This document shows positions 18,694-28,891 of a stretch of DNA of 64,000 nt, piece after piece. Location of the stretch: the NCBI GenBank assembly GCA_963749075.1, contig CAVVLJ010000017.1, positions 384,001 through 448,000 of the forward strand. Direction: 5' to 3'. The notes beneath the pieces are model-generated. The model worked only from the letters and a program-made list of their open reading frames with translations, made no database searches and had not been told where the DNA came from. Source of the DNA: an uncultured Pseudomonadota bacterium. Lineage in GTDB: Bacteria; Pseudomonadota; Alphaproteobacteria; JACZXZ01. A program made the position numbers and the translations under genes. Within the stretch, counting starts at the first letter, position 1, and each line of letters opens with the position of its first letter.

Positions 18694-19944
18694 TCAATGC
18701 GCGACGCCGGCCGAGCCGTGCTCGTCGAGGAGGCGTCCGCTCTCGAAGCGCTTGAGCGCGAAGGGTGCCGCCAGCGGATGTGGCTCATCCGTTGCTATCG
18801 TGTGGGCGAAGACGAAGCCCGAGCCGGGGATCGACTTGAAGCCGCCGGTGCCCCAACCGCAATTGAAATAGAGGCCGTCGATGGGCGTCTTGCCGATGAT
18901 CGGGCTGGCGTCCGGGCAGATGTCGACGATGCCGGCCCACTGCCGCATCATCCTCAAGCGGCTCACGATGGGAAAGAGCTCCTTCAAGGCCGCGAGCTGA
19001 GCCTCGATGACGTGGAAGCTGCCGCGCTGGGCGTAGGAGTTGTAGCCGTCGATGCCGGCGCCGAGCACGAGCTCGCCCCTGTCCGACTGGCTGACATAGA
19101 CGTGAACGGCGCCCGACATGACGACGCGGTGGAGGACAGGCTTGACCGGCTCGGTCACGAGTGCCTGGAGCGGGTGGCTCTGGATCGGCAGGCGGAAGCC
19201 CGCCATGGCGGCAAGCACGCTTGCATGTCCGGCCACCACCACGGCGACCTTCCCGGCCGCGATTGCGCCGCGCGTAGTCTCGAGGCCGCGGATGCGCCCC
19301 CCCTCGATGCGCAAGCCCGTCACCTCGCAGTTCTCGATGATCTCGACGCCGCGCGCGTCCGCCGCGCGCGCCAGGCCCCAGGCGACGGCGTCGTGCCGTG
19401 CGATGCCGCCGCGGCGCTGGAGCGAGGCGCCGAACACCGGATAGCGCGAAGCGGGCGAGCAATTGAGGATCGGGCAGTAGGCCTTGACCTGCTCTGTGGT
19501 CAGCATCTCGCCGTCGATGCCGTTCAACTGCATGGCGCTCACCAGCCGCTGCTGGGCACGCAGGTCGTGCGGGCTGTGCGCCAGCATCATGAGGCCGCGC
19601 TGGCTCAGCATGACGTTGAAGTTGAGCTCGCGGCTCAGCCCCTCGAAGAGCCTGAGCGACATCTCGTAGAGTGCCGCCGAATTGTCGTTGAGATAGTTGG
19701 AGCGCACGACCGTGGTATTGCGCCCGGTATTGCCGCCGCCGAGCCAGCCCTTCTCCAGCACGGCTACGTTGGCGACGCCGTGCTCCTTGGCGAGGTAATA
19801 GGCGGTGGCCAGGCCGTGCCCTCCGGCGCCCACGATCACCACGTCATAGGAGGGCTTCGGCTCCGGGCTGCGCCAAGCGCGCTGCCAGTCGGCATGGTCA
19901 TGGAGCGCATGGCGCGCCAGGCTGAAAATCGAGTAGCGCTGCAC
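18694..19944 (-). CDS. soxB: Sarcosine oxidase beta subunit
   Basis: [38 protein letters not shown], ends GVAH; GTG start. Confidence 0.96.
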   Translation of the reverse strand: MQRYSIFSLARHALHDHADWQRAWRSPEPKPSYDVVIVGAGGHGLATAYYLAKEHGVANVAVLEKGWLGGGNTGRNTTVVRSNYLNDNSAALYEMSLRLFEGLSRELNFNVMLSQRGLMMLAHSPHDLRAQQRLVSAMQLNGIDGEMLTTEQVKAYCPILNCSPASRYPVFGASLQRRGGIARHDAVAWGLARAADARGVEIIENCEVTGLRIEGGRIRGLETTRGAIAAGKVAVVVAGHASVLAAMAGFRLPIQSHPLQALVTEPVKPVLHRVVMSGAVHVYVSQSDRGELVLGAGIDGYNSYAQRGSFHVIEAQLAALKELFPIVSRLRMMRQWAGIVDICPDASPIIGKTPIDGLYFNCGWGTGGFKSIPGSGFVFAHTIATDEPHPLAAPFALKRFESGRLLDEHGSAGVAH

Positions 19945-20127
19945 CCGCGGACCCCGCTGATCGCGTCCCCCGAGCCGGGGCTGCGGCATTGTTGCATCGG
20001 CGCCTGGCGCCTACAACAGCGATCTCCCTCAGCGATCCGCTTCGCGGCTCGATCGCGCTTGCCGGCCTGAGTGGTGCCACGGATCGAGGGCCGGGGCGAG
20101 GGAGCGCCGCGCTCTTTCGCGGCTGCG

Positions 20128-21000
20128 TTACATGACTCCGCCGCCCTCGCTTTCGGCAAGCATGTAGCACTTAAGCTTCTCGAGCGCCCGGCACTCGATC
20201 TGGCGGACGCGCTCCTTGCTGATGCCGAGGCTGCCGCCGAGCCGCTCGAGCGTCGTCTCCTCGTCCTTGAGATGGCGCTCCTGGACGATGAGCCGCTCGC
20301 GCTCCGAGAGCCGGGCGAGCGCTTGGGCGAGCAGGCGCTCGCGCCGAGCCGCCTCGCCGCTGTCGATCGCGTCCTCCTCGGGCGACGGCCGCTCGTCGGC
20401 GAGAACGTCCTGCCAGGTCTCGTCGGCGTCGTCGCCGCGCGGCGCATTGAGCGAGAGATCGCGCGCGAAGAGCCGCGCCTCCATGGCCGAGACCTCGCGC
20501 GCGTCCACCGCGAGCTCGCGCGCGACGGCAAGCGTCCCCTCGTGGCCGAGGCGGCCCTCGCCCGGCTCGCCCAGGCGCGCGCTCAGGCGGCGAAGATTAT
20601 AGAAGAGGGTCTTCTGCGCAGCCGAGGTGCCGGTACGCACGATGGACCAATTGCGCAGCACGAAGTCCCGCATCGCGGCGCGCACCCACCACGTGGCGTA
20701 GGTCGAGAAGCGCGCGTCGTACGCGGCATCGAAGCGCCGCGCCGCCTGCATGAGGCCGAGGCTGCCTTCCTGGACGAGGTCGCCGAGCGGCAGTCCATAG
20801 CCGCGGAAGCGCGCAGCCAGGCTGACCACGAGCCGCAGGTGGCTGGTGATCAGCTCGTGGAGTGCCGTCTCGTCCCCAAGCTCGCTCCAGCGCTGCGCCA
20901 ATGCGGCCTCGCGCTCGCGGCTCAGCATGGGGGCCGCTCTCGAGGCCTCCACGAAACTGCGCTCGATGCTCTGCAGCGCCGGCCATTCCAAGCTTGCCAT
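20128..21000 (-). CDS. rpoH: RpoH-family (RpoH2-like) sigma-32 factor
   Basis: SHLRLVV…GYGLP.GDLVQEG, LRNWSIVRTGTSAAQKTLFYNLRR (RpoH box), SKERVRQIE. Confidence 0.9.
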   Translation of the reverse strand: MASLEWPALQSIERSFVEASRAAPMLSREREAALAQRWSELGDETALHELITSHLRLVVSLAARFRGYGLPLGDLVQEGSLGLMQAARRFDAAYDARFSTYATWWVRAAMRDFVLRNWSIVRTGTSAAQKTLFYNLRRLSARLGEPGEGRLGHEGTLAVARELAVDAREVSAMEARLFARDLSLNAPRGDDADETWQDVLADERPSPEEDAIDSGEAARRERLLAQALARLSERERLIVQERHLKDEETTLERLGGSLGISKERVRQIECRALEKLKCYMLAESEGGGVM

Positions 21001-21159
21001 CCTGCCTTCCGTTCGCCTCTGTCCCCGTAGAGTTACGTACGACCCCGGCGAGCGGCTCCGGCGCGGCAGGTCACATGTGCGTGAGGAGAACCGGGCGCCG
21101 GGCGGCGGGCCGCCCCGCGCCGAACGCGCAGGACCAACGCCGTCGAGCGCGGATCGACC

Positions 21160-21870
21160 TTAGAGAAGCCCCGGCGCCGGAGACGCCGGCTCTATGCAGA
21201 GTGGCTCGTCGAAGCGCGCGCTGTTGACCCTGGCCGAGACGGGATAGACCATCATCGCCTCGGCGGGATAGGGGCCGAGCAGCGCCAGCGCGTCCTTGGC
21301 CGCTGTCGCGGGGTCGAGCCAGCGCGCATAAGCCTCGGGCGCAAGGATGACCGGCATGCGTCCGTGGATCGGGCGCAAGAGTGCGTTGGCCTCCGTGGTC
21401 ACGATCGTGCACGACTTTACCGGAGGGCCGCCGGGCGCCTTGTCCCAGCGCTCCCACAGGCCGGCGAAGGCGAAAAGCGGCGGTGCCGCGGAAGCGCCGC
21501 CCTTGAGCACGATGCGATAGGGCTGCTTGCCGTGCGCCGTGGCCTGCCATTCGTAGAAGCCGTCCGCCGGCACGAGGCAGCGCCGCGCGCGGAAGGCGGC
21601 ACGGAAGGAGGGCTTCTCCGCCAGGCCTTCGGCGCGCGCGTTGATCAGCTTGGCGCCGATCGCCGGGTCCTTGGCCCAGAACGGCACCAGGCCCCAGCGC
21701 AGCGACACGAGCTCGCGCTCGCCGCTGCCGCCGTGGGCGGGCCGCACGGCGGGCACGAGCTGGGTGGGTGCGATGTTGTAGCGCGCCGGCAGATTGGGCA
21801 GCGGTCCCACGAAGCCGAAGAGCCGCCGCATCGCCTCCGCGGGCGTGGTGAGCGAATAGCGTCCGCACAT
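21160..21870 (-). CDS. SRAP-family (YedK/HMCES-like) abasic-site protein
   Basis: N-terminal MCGRY, RYNIAPTQ, INARAE, RRCLVPADGFYEW, HGRMPVIL. Confidence 0.93.
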   Translation of the reverse strand: MCGRYSLTTPAEAMRRLFGFVGPLPNLPARYNIAPTQLVPAVRPAHGGSGERELVSLRWGLVPFWAKDPAIGAKLINARAEGLAEKPSFRAAFRARRCLVPADGFYEWQATAHGKQPYRIVLKGGASAAPPLFAFAGLWERWDKAPGGPPVKSCTIVTTEANALLRPIHGRMPVILAPEAYARWLDPATAAKDALALLGPYPAEAMMVYPVSARVNSARFDEPLCIEPASPAPGLL

Positions 21871-21915
21871 GCCGCTCGATCCTATAGGGCAGGATGGGCG
21901 CGCAAAAGGCCTCGC

Positions 21916-23025
21916 CTAGACGCCGAGCCCCGCGAGGCGCACCGGCTGGCGCTTGCCGCCCCACTGGCCGGGCGCCGCCTCGAAGTGTCCGGCGCAACGC
22001 GCCCCGCAAGCGGCGCAGTGCCCGTCGGGCGTGAGGTTCCAGGCGCCGAGCTCGTACCAGTCGCGCGCGATGAGGAGGGTGCCGCAGCCGTGGCAATAAG
22101 TGCTTTGCCCCGCCGCGTCATGCACGTTCCCGGTATAGGCATAGCGGATGCCGCAAGCGTGCGCGATCTCGCGCGCGCGCGTGAGCGTAGCAGTCGGCGT
22201 GCTCGGGCGGTTGAGCATGCGCCAGTCGGGATGGAAGGCGGTGAAGTGGAGCGGCACGTCCGGCCCGAGCTTGTCGACGATCCAGCGGCACATCGCCTCG
22301 GTCTCCGCCGGGGCATCGTTCTCGCCCGGGATCATCAGGTTGGTGATCTCGAACCACACCGCGGTCTCGTGCTTCAAATAGACGAGCGTGTCGAGCACGG
22401 GTGCGAGCTCGCCCGAGCAGATACGCTTGTAGAACGCCTCGCTGAAGGCCTTGAGGTCGACGTTGGCCGCGTCCATATGGCGGTAGAACTCGGCGCGCGG
22501 CTCGGCGCATTGGTAGCCCGCGGTCACCGCCACCGCCTTGATCCCCTCGGCGCGGCAGGCGTCGGCCACGTCGATGGCGTATTCGTGGAAGATGACGGGA
22601 TCGTTGTAGGTGAAGGCGACGCTGCTGCAGCCGAGCGCCTTGGCGGCCGTCGCGATGCGCGCGGGCGAGGCGGCGTCGGCGAGGGTGTCCATCTCGCGCG
22701 ACTTCGAGATGTCCCAGTTCTGGCAGAAGCGGCAGGCGAGGTTGCAGCCCGCCGTGCCGAAGGAGAGCACGGGCGTGCCGGGAAGGAAGTGGTTGAGGGG
22801 CTTCTTCTCGATGGGATCGACGCAATAGCCCGACGAGCGGCCGTAGCTCGTCAGCACCATGCGGTCGCCCGCGCGGCCGCGCACGAAGCAGAGGCCGCGC
22901 TGGCCCTCCTGAAGCTTGCAGGCGCGCGGGCAGAGATCGCACGCGATACGGCCGTCCGCAAGGCGGTGCCAATAGCGCGCGGCCGTGCCCTCGATTGGCG
23001 CACTCGCCTGGTCGTGTTCGCTCAT
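21916..23025 (-). CDS. amrS: AmmeMemoRadiSam system radical SAM enzyme
   Basis: DPIEKKPLNHF.PG, CNLACRFCQNW, FTYNDP, HFTAFHPDW. Confidence 0.93.
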   Translation of the reverse strand: MSEHDQASAPIEGTAARYWHRLADGRIACDLCPRACKLQEGQRGLCFVRGRAGDRMVLTSYGRSSGYCVDPIEKKPLNHFLPGTPVLSFGTAGCNLACRFCQNWDISKSREMDTLADAASPARIATAAKALGCSSVAFTYNDPVIFHEYAIDVADACRAEGIKAVAVTAGYQCAEPRAEFYRHMDAANVDLKAFSEAFYKRICSGELAPVLDTLVYLKHETAVWFEITNLMIPGENDAPAETEAMCRWIVDKLGPDVPLHFTAFHPDWRMLNRPSTPTATLTRAREIAHACGIRYAYTGNVHDAAGQSTYCHGCGTLLIARDWYELGAWNLTPDGHCAACGARCAGHFEAAPGQWGGKRQPVRLAGLGV

Positions 23026-23168
23026 GATCCGAATAGTGGCCGCTCCAGCTCTTCCGGCGGCGCCGGGGAATACTATATCAATGGTTGCGGGCGATATTGC
23101 GCTAATATGGGGCGGCACTTGCGCCTCCGCAATACGGTCCGCCCGCAGCAACGATGGAGGACGGGAGG

Positions 23169-23951
23169 ATGGCCGTGCGTCCGCCGGCGGTGGCCGGTCT
23201 CTTCTATCCCGCCGAAGCGCGCGAGCTCGCCCGCGCGGTCGAGGGTTATCTGGCCGCCGCAGCCCCGGAGGGCGCTCCGCCCGCGGCCGTGGTGGTGCCC
23301 CACGCCGGCTTCGTCTATTCCGGGCCGGTCGCGGCCGCCGCCTATGCCCGGCTGCGGCCGCTCAAGGGCCGCCTCAAGCGCGTGGTGCTGGTCGGCCCGG
23401 CGCACCGCATGGCGATCCGCGGCCTCGCGGTGCCCGGCGTCGATGCCTTCGCAACACCCCTCGGCCCCGTCCCCTTGGACCGCGCGGCCATCGCCCGCAT
23501 CGCGGCACTGCCGCAGCTCGCCGTGAGCGACGAGCCGCACCGCCTCGAGCACTGCCTGGAGGTCCAGCTCCCCTTCATCATCGCGTGCCTGGGTGCCGTC
23601 CCGCTGGTGCCGCTCGTGGTGGGGGACGCCACGGCCGAGGAGGTGGCGGAAGTCATCGAGATGCTGTGGGACGGACCCGAGACGCTGGTCGTGATCAGCT
23701 CTGACCTCAGCCACTATCACGATTACGAGACGGCGCGCCGCATGGACAGGGCGACCTCCGCGGCGATCGAGGCGCTCGACGAGCGGCGCATCGGCTGGGA
23801 GGATGCCTGCGGCCGGCTGCCGATCGCCGGCCTGCTGCGCCTTGCGCGCAAGCGCGGCCTCAAGGCGGAGACGGTCGATCTGCGCAACTCGGGCGACACG
23901 GCAGGACCGCGCGACGAGGTCGTCGGCTATGGCGCTTATGTCTTCGCCTGA
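23169..23951 (+). CDS. amrB: AmmeMemoRadiSam system protein B (MEMO1-like)
   Basis: RPPAVAGLFYP, PHAGFVYSG, EHCLEVQLPF, SSDLSHY. Confidence 0.93.
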   Translation: MAVRPPAVAGLFYPAEARELARAVEGYLAAAAPEGAPPAAVVVPHAGFVYSGPVAAAAYARLRPLKGRLKRVVLVGPAHRMAIRGLAVPGVDAFATPLGPVPLDRAAIARIAALPQLAVSDEPHRLEHCLEVQLPFIIACLGAVPLVPLVVGDATAEEVAEVIEMLWDGPETLVVISSDLSHYHDYETARRMDRATSAAIEALDERRIGWEDACGRLPIAGLLRLARKRGLKAETVDLRNSGDTAGPRDEVVGYGAYVFA

Positions 23952-24555
23952 GCTCGCGGCACCCACGCGCGAGGCGCCCGGCGACGCCGCCCTCTTGGCA
24001 CGCCACGGCGGGCGGCTCCTGGCGCTGGCGCGGGCGAGCATCGCCTGGCGCCTCGAGAGGGGGATGCCCTTGCCATGCGACGCGGACGCGCATCCGCCCG
24101 AGCTCAGGGCCGCGCGCGCCGTCTTCGTGACGCTCACCGCCGCGGGCCGCCTGCGCGGCTGCGTCGGCACCCCCGCCGCCTGGCGCCCCCTCGTCGAGGA
24201 CGTGGCGGACAACGCCGCCGCCGCGGCACTCGAGGACATGCGCTTCCCGCCCTTGGCCGCGGGCGAGCTCGGCGGCGTCGCCATCGCCCTCTCGCTGCTC
24301 TCGCCGGCCGAGCCGCTCAGGGCCGAGAGCGAGGAGGCGCTGCTTGCCCTGCTGATACCCGGCATTCATGGCCTCATCCTCCACGCTGGCGAAGCGAGGG
24401 CGCTCTTCCTCCCGCAAGTGTGGCGGCATCTGCCGCGCCCGCGCGACTTCCTCGCCGAGCTCAAGGCCAAGGCCGGGCTCGCCAAGGACCGCTGGTCGCC
24501 GGCCTTCGCCTTTCAGCGCTTCACGAGCGCATCGGTGGCCGAGCCGGGGGCGTAG
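23938..24555 (+). CDS. amrA: AmmeMemoRadiSam system protein A (AMMECR1-like)
   Basis: VFVTL…LRGCVG, DMRFPPL, ALFLPQVW, LKAKAG. Confidence 0.92.
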   Translation: MSSPELAAPTREAPGDAALLARHGGRLLALARASIAWRLERGMPLPCDADAHPPELRAARAVFVTLTAAGRLRGCVGTPAAWRPLVEDVADNAAAAALEDMRFPPLAAGELGGVAIALSLLSPAEPLRAESEEALLALLIPGIHGLILHAGEARALFLPQVWRHLPRPRDFLAELKAKAGLAKDRWSPAFAFQRFTSASVAEPGA

Positions 24556-24634
24556 CAGCGCGGCGCACGCGGCGCTTTACATCCCGGCCGCTTCTCCGCA
24601 GAGTTCGGCCATCGCCACAAGCGGGCAGGACCGC

Positions 24635-25237
24635 ATGACCCCTCCCAAGACCTTGCTGCAAATGGCCGGCGTCGCAGCACTGCCGAGCCATCTCGCGGAC
24701 GCGGCCCTCATCCTCATCGACTGCCAGCGCGAATACGTCGACGGCCGCCTGCCGCTGCCCCGCGTCGGGCCGGCGCTTGCCGAGGCCGGCCGCGTGCTGG
24801 AGCTCGCAAGGAAGCGCGGGGGCGGCGCCGTCATCCACGTGGTGCACCATGGCGCTGCGGGCGGCCTCTTCGATCCCAAGGGCACCTTCGCCGAGATTGC
24901 CGATCCCGTGCGGCCGCAAGCCGGCGAGGCGGTGGTGATCAAGAGCAAGCCCAATGCCTTCGCCGGCACCGACCTCGACGCGCGGCTCAAGGCGCTCGGC
25001 AAGACGGAGCTCATCGTGGTCGGCTTCATGACCCATATGTGCGTGAGCTCGACGGTGCGCGCCGCACTCGACCTCGGCTATCGCTCGACCGTGGTGGCGC
25101 GGGCCATAGCCACGCGCGCCCTCCCCGACGGCAGCGGCGGCGTGATCGATGCCGAGACGCTGCACCGCGCCGAGCTCGCCGGCCTTGCCGACCGCTTCGC
25201 GACCGTGGTCGACGACGCGAGCGCATGGGGCGCCTGA
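24635..25237 (+). CDS. Isochorismatase/cysteine hydrolase family protein
   Basis: ALILIDCQREY, K..PNAFAGTDL, GFMTHMCVSSTVR. Confidence 0.9.
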   Translation: MTPPKTLLQMAGVAALPSHLADAALILIDCQREYVDGRLPLPRVGPALAEAGRVLELARKRGGGAVIHVVHHGAAGGLFDPKGTFAEIADPVRPQAGEAVVIKSKPNAFAGTDLDARLKALGKTELIVVGFMTHMCVSSTVRAALDLGYRSTVVARAIATRALPDGSGGVIDAETLHRAELAGLADRFATVVDDASAWGA

Positions 25238-26052
25238 ATTTGGACCAGGAGGCCCGTGCCGCCCTCGTCGACGCGGTGGTGCGCATCGCCGCGGAGGCCG
25301 GCGAGCGCATCATCGAGATCTATTGCGCCGGCTGCCCGGTCGAGGAGAAGGCGGACGCGAGCCCGGTGACCGCGGCGGACCGCGAGGCGGAGGCGCTCAT
25401 TCTCGCGCGTCTCGCAGCACTCACGCCCGACATTCCGGCCGCCTCCGAGGAGGCCATGTCCGCCGGCGCCAAGTGCCCGGCGGCGGAGCGCTTCTGGCTC
25501 GTCGACCCGCTCGACGGCACCAAGGAGTTCGTCAACCGCATCGGCGAATTCACCGTGAACATCGCGCTCGTCGAGGCGGCAGTGCCGGTGCTGGGCGTCG
25601 TGCATCTGCCGGTCTCGGGCGAGAGCTACGCGGGCGCCGGCCCCGGCACGGCGACGAAACGCGGCAAGACGGGGAAGGCGCTCCCGATCGCGGCGCGCAC
25701 ACCTGCAGCGGACGGCCTCGTCATGCTGACGAGCCGCTTCCATCGCGACGATGCGAAGCTGGCACCCTTCCTCGCAGGCTACCTCGCCCGCCGCGGCGAG
25801 GCGATCAAGGAGCAGAGGGCCGCCGGCAGCGCCAGCAAGTTCTGCCTGATTGCCGCGGGCGAGGCCGATTTCTATCCGCGCCTGGGGACCACCATGGAAT
25901 GGGATACCGCCGCGGGCCATGCGCTCCTCCTGGCGGCCGGCGGCCGTCTCGAGGGCCTGGACGGCGCTCCCTTGCGCTACGGCAAGCCGGACTTCCGCAA
26001 TGCCGGCTTCGTCGCGCGCGGCAAGTTGCCGCGGCGCCGGCCTGGGTCTTGA
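25225..26052 (+). CDS. cysQ: 3'(2'),5'-bisphosphate nucleotidase
   Basis: KADASPVTAADRE, FWLVDPLDGTKEF, TMEWDTAAGHA; start codon uncertain (25225 or 25240). Confidence 0.92.
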   Translation: MGRLNLDQEARAALVDAVVRIAAEAGERIIEIYCAGCPVEEKADASPVTAADREAEALILARLAALTPDIPAASEEAMSAGAKCPAAERFWLVDPLDGTKEFVNRIGEFTVNIALVEAAVPVLGVVHLPVSGESYAGAGPGTATKRGKTGKALPIAARTPAADGLVMLTSRFHRDDAKLAPFLAGYLARRGEAIKEQRAAGSASKFCLIAAGEADFYPRLGTTMEWDTAAGHALLLAAGGRLEGLDGAPLRYGKPDFRNAGFVARGKLPRRRPGS

Positions 26053-26081
26053 TTTTCTCGCCGCGCGTCCACATGTCCAAT

Positions 26082-26252
26082 GATGTACTGAGGCTACGCG
26101 TAAAGTAGTCGACAGGACGAACGGCCGGTCGAGGCCGGCCGTGAAAGTGCCGCCGCAATACCCTTGCGGCGACCGCGATGCGGTCATTACCGCGGATGGC
26201 CGGCATCAGCGAGAAAACGGAAAGAGCCGTCCCTAGCCGACGGCTCTTTCAT
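26082..26252 (+). ncRNA. Candidate sRNA in the cysQ-tsaC intergenic region
   Basis: CTTG-N17-CCACAT promoter-like motif at 26048-26074, several hairpins, ends in a 12-bp stem. Confidence 0.4.
26220..26250. terminator. Intrinsic terminator-like hairpin
   Basis: GAAAGAGCCGTC-CCTAGCC-GACGGCTCTTTC. Confidence 0.7.
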
Positions 26253-26368
26253 TAGGAGAGGCCGGCATTCGCAGAGGCGGGCGGGCGGCGGGTGCTGCGT
26301 TGACGGAGTGCGGCGGGACGCTTAGCGTGCGCCGCGATCGCGCCAACCGCCCGAGGCCCCGCCGCAGC

Positions 26369-27352
26369 ATGGCTCAACCCGCAATCCGCGCGCCCGACGA
26401 GGACGCCATCGCCGAGGCCGTGCGTCTCCTAAGCACGGGCCGGCTCGTGGCGTTTCCGACCGAGACGGTCTACGGCCTCGGCGCCGATGCGGGCTGCGAC
26501 CGCGCCGTGGCGGCGATCTTCGCCGCCAAGGGCCGGCCGCGCTTCAATCCCCTCATCGTGCACTGGTCCGATGCGGCGGCGGCGACGAGCGCCGTGACGT
26601 TCGATGCCCGCGCACGCACGCTCGCAGAGCGCTTCTGGCCCGGACCGCTCAGCCTCGTGCTGCCGCGGCGGAGCGGTGCTGCGATCTCGCTCCTGTGCAG
26701 CGCCGGGCTCGATACCCTTGCCGTGCGCGTGCCGGCCCAGGAGACGGCACAAGCCCTTCTGCGGGCGTTCGCGGGTCCGATCGCGGCGCCGAGCGCCAAC
26801 CGCTCGGGCGCCGTGAGCCCGACGACCGCGGCCCATGTGGCGGACTCGCTCGGCGGCCGCGTCGCCCTCATCCTCGACGGCGGCGCTTGTCCGGTCGGTC
26901 TCGAATCGACGGTGGTCGATCTCTCGACGCCGGAGGCGAGGCTGCTGCGCCCAGGCGGCGTCACGCTCGAGGCGCTCGAGGCCGCCATCGGGCCGCTCGC
27001 GCGCGGCGCCGATGCGGCGGCGCGGCGGCGCTCGCCCGGCCAGCTCGCCAGCCACTACGCGCCGCGCGCCCCGCTCCGCCTCGAGGTCCGCGGCGAGGTG
27101 CGAGAGGGCGAGGCTCTCCTCGCCTTCGGGCCCGCGCCGCCCGCGGGCTACTCGGCGAGCCTCAACCTCTCGCCCACGGGCGACCTTGCCGAAGCCGCGG
27201 CCAACCTCTTCGCCATGCTGCGCGCGCTCGACGCCGCAGGCCCAAGTGCTATCGCCGTGATGCCGGTGCCCGAGCGCGGCCTCGGACGCGCCATCAACGA
27301 CCGCCTGCGCCGCGCCGCCGCACCACGGCCGCAGAGAAAGCGGGATGCCTGA
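26369..27352 (+). CDS. tsaC: Sua5-type L-threonylcarbamoyladenylate synthase
   Basis: VAFPTETVYGLGADA, KGRPRFNPLIVH, AAPSANRSG, SPGQLASHYAP. Confidence 0.95.
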   Translation: MAQPAIRAPDEDAIAEAVRLLSTGRLVAFPTETVYGLGADAGCDRAVAAIFAAKGRPRFNPLIVHWSDAAAATSAVTFDARARTLAERFWPGPLSLVLPRRSGAAISLLCSAGLDTLAVRVPAQETAQALLRAFAGPIAAPSANRSGAVSPTTAAHVADSLGGRVALILDGGACPVGLESTVVDLSTPEARLLRPGGVTLEALEAAIGPLARGADAAARRRSPGQLASHYAPRAPLRLEVRGEVREGEALLAFGPAPPAGYSASLNLSPTGDLAEAAANLFAMLRALDAAGPSAIAVMPVPERGLGRAINDRLRRAAAPRPQRKRDA

Positions 27353-27439
27353 GCGCACGCCCGCCCCGGTTCCCTCGCGGCGTTCCGCGGCGTAAGCTAA
27401 TCCCCTCGCGCAACCGACCAAGCCCTCGGGAGTGCCATC

Positions 27440-28870
27440 GTGACTGCGCTTGCCCAACTGCTCTCGCCAGACGCGCTTTCCGAGATCAAGGCGGTGCTCG
27501 GCCCCAGGGGCTGGATCGACGATGCGTCGGAGATGGAGCGCTACCTGGTCGACGAGCGGCGGCTCTACCGCGGCCGCGCGCCGCTCGTGCTGAGGCCGGC
27601 CTCGACGGCCGAGGTCGCCGCGGTGATGCGCATCTGCCACCGCCGCCGCATCCCGGTCGTTCCCCAGGGCGGCAACACGGGCATGGTGGGGGGCGCCGTT
27701 CCCCACGAGCACGGCGGCGAGCTCGTGCTCTCGCTTGCCCGCCTCAACCGCATCCGCGCCATCGACCCGCTCAATTACACCATGACGGTCGAGGCGGGCT
27801 GCATCCTCGCCAATCTGCAGAAGGCGGCCGAGGAGGCCGACAGGCTCTTCCCCTTGAGCCTCGGCGCCGAGGGGAGCTGCATGATCGGCGGCAACCTGTC
27901 GTGCAACGCGGGCGGCGTCGCCGTCTTGCGCTACGGCAACGCGCGCGAGCTCACGCTCGGCCTCGAGGTGGTGCTGCCCGACGGCGGCGTGCTCGACGGG
28001 CTCACCGCGCTGCGCAAGGACAATACGGGCTACGATCTGAAGCAGCTCTTCATCGGCGCCGAGGGCACCCTCGGCATCATTACGGCGGCGGTGCTCAAGC
28101 TCTTTCCCCGCCCGCGCGAGGCGGTGACGGCCCTGGTGGCGGTGCCCGAGTTGCAGGCGGCGGTCGAGCTACTGGCGCACGCGCGCGCGAGCTCGGGCGA
28201 CCAGCTCTCCGCCTTCGAGCTCATGCCGCGGCTGGGCTTCGAGCTCGACATGGCCTATCTGCCGGGCATCGTCGATCCGCTCCAGCGGCCTTACGAGCAC
28301 TACGTGCTGCTGGAGTTCACCTCGGCCGACGCCGCGGCCGAGCTGGGTCCGCGCATCGAGAGCGCCCTCGCCGAGGCCATCCAGAAGGGCCTCGTGCTCG
28401 ACGCCACCATCGCCGCCAACACGGCACAGGCGAAGGCGCTGTGGCGCCTGCGCGAGGGCATCCCCGAGGCGCAGCAGGCGCACGGCGGCGGCATCAAGCA
28501 CGACGTCTCGGTGCCGGTCTCGCGCGTGGCCGATTTCATCGCCGAGGCAACGGCCGCCTGTCTTGCCCATGAGCCGGCGGTGCGCGTGCTCGCCTTCGGC
28601 CACGTCGGCGACGGCAACGTGCATTTCAACCTCTGCCGGCCGCACGGCGCCGATGCCAAGGCCTTCGAGGCGCGTCACGAGGAGTTCAACCGCATCGTCC
28701 ACGACATCGTGGCGCGCATGGGCGGCAGCATCAGCGCCGAGCACGGCATCGGCCGCCTCAAGCGCGCGGAGCTCGCGCGTTATGCGCCGGCACTCGAGCT
28801 CGAGCTCATGCGCAAGGTGAAGGCGGCCTTCGATCCCCACGGCATCATGAATCCGGGCAAGGTCCTCTGA
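27440..28870 (+). CDS. FAD-binding oxidoreductase (D-2-hydroxyacid dehydrogenase family)
   Basis: PQGGNTGMVGG, LRKDNTGYDLK, GHVGDGNVH, SAEHGIG, NPGKVL. Confidence 0.92.
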   Translation: MTALAQLLSPDALSEIKAVLGPRGWIDDASEMERYLVDERRLYRGRAPLVLRPASTAEVAAVMRICHRRRIPVVPQGGNTGMVGGAVPHEHGGELVLSLARLNRIRAIDPLNYTMTVEAGCILANLQKAAEEADRLFPLSLGAEGSCMIGGNLSCNAGGVAVLRYGNARELTLGLEVVLPDGGVLDGLTALRKDNTGYDLKQLFIGAEGTLGIITAAVLKLFPRPREAVTALVAVPELQAAVELLAHARASSGDQLSAFELMPRLGFELDMAYLPGIVDPLQRPYEHYVLLEFTSADAAAELGPRIESALAEAIQKGLVLDATIAANTAQAKALWRLREGIPEAQQAHGGGIKHDVSVPVSRVADFIAEATAACLAHEPAVRVLAFGHVGDGNVHFNLCRPHGADAKAFEARHEEFNRIVHDIVARMGGSISAEHGIGRLKRAELARYAPALELELMRKVKAAFDPHGIMNPGKVL

Positions 28871-28891
28871 CGGCCGCTTCGGGAGGAAGCC

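Noticed and set aside
14772-19944. soxBDAG as the missing sulfur-oxidation sox genes
   Set aside because: The motifs are those of heterotetrameric sarcosine oxidase; only the names coincide
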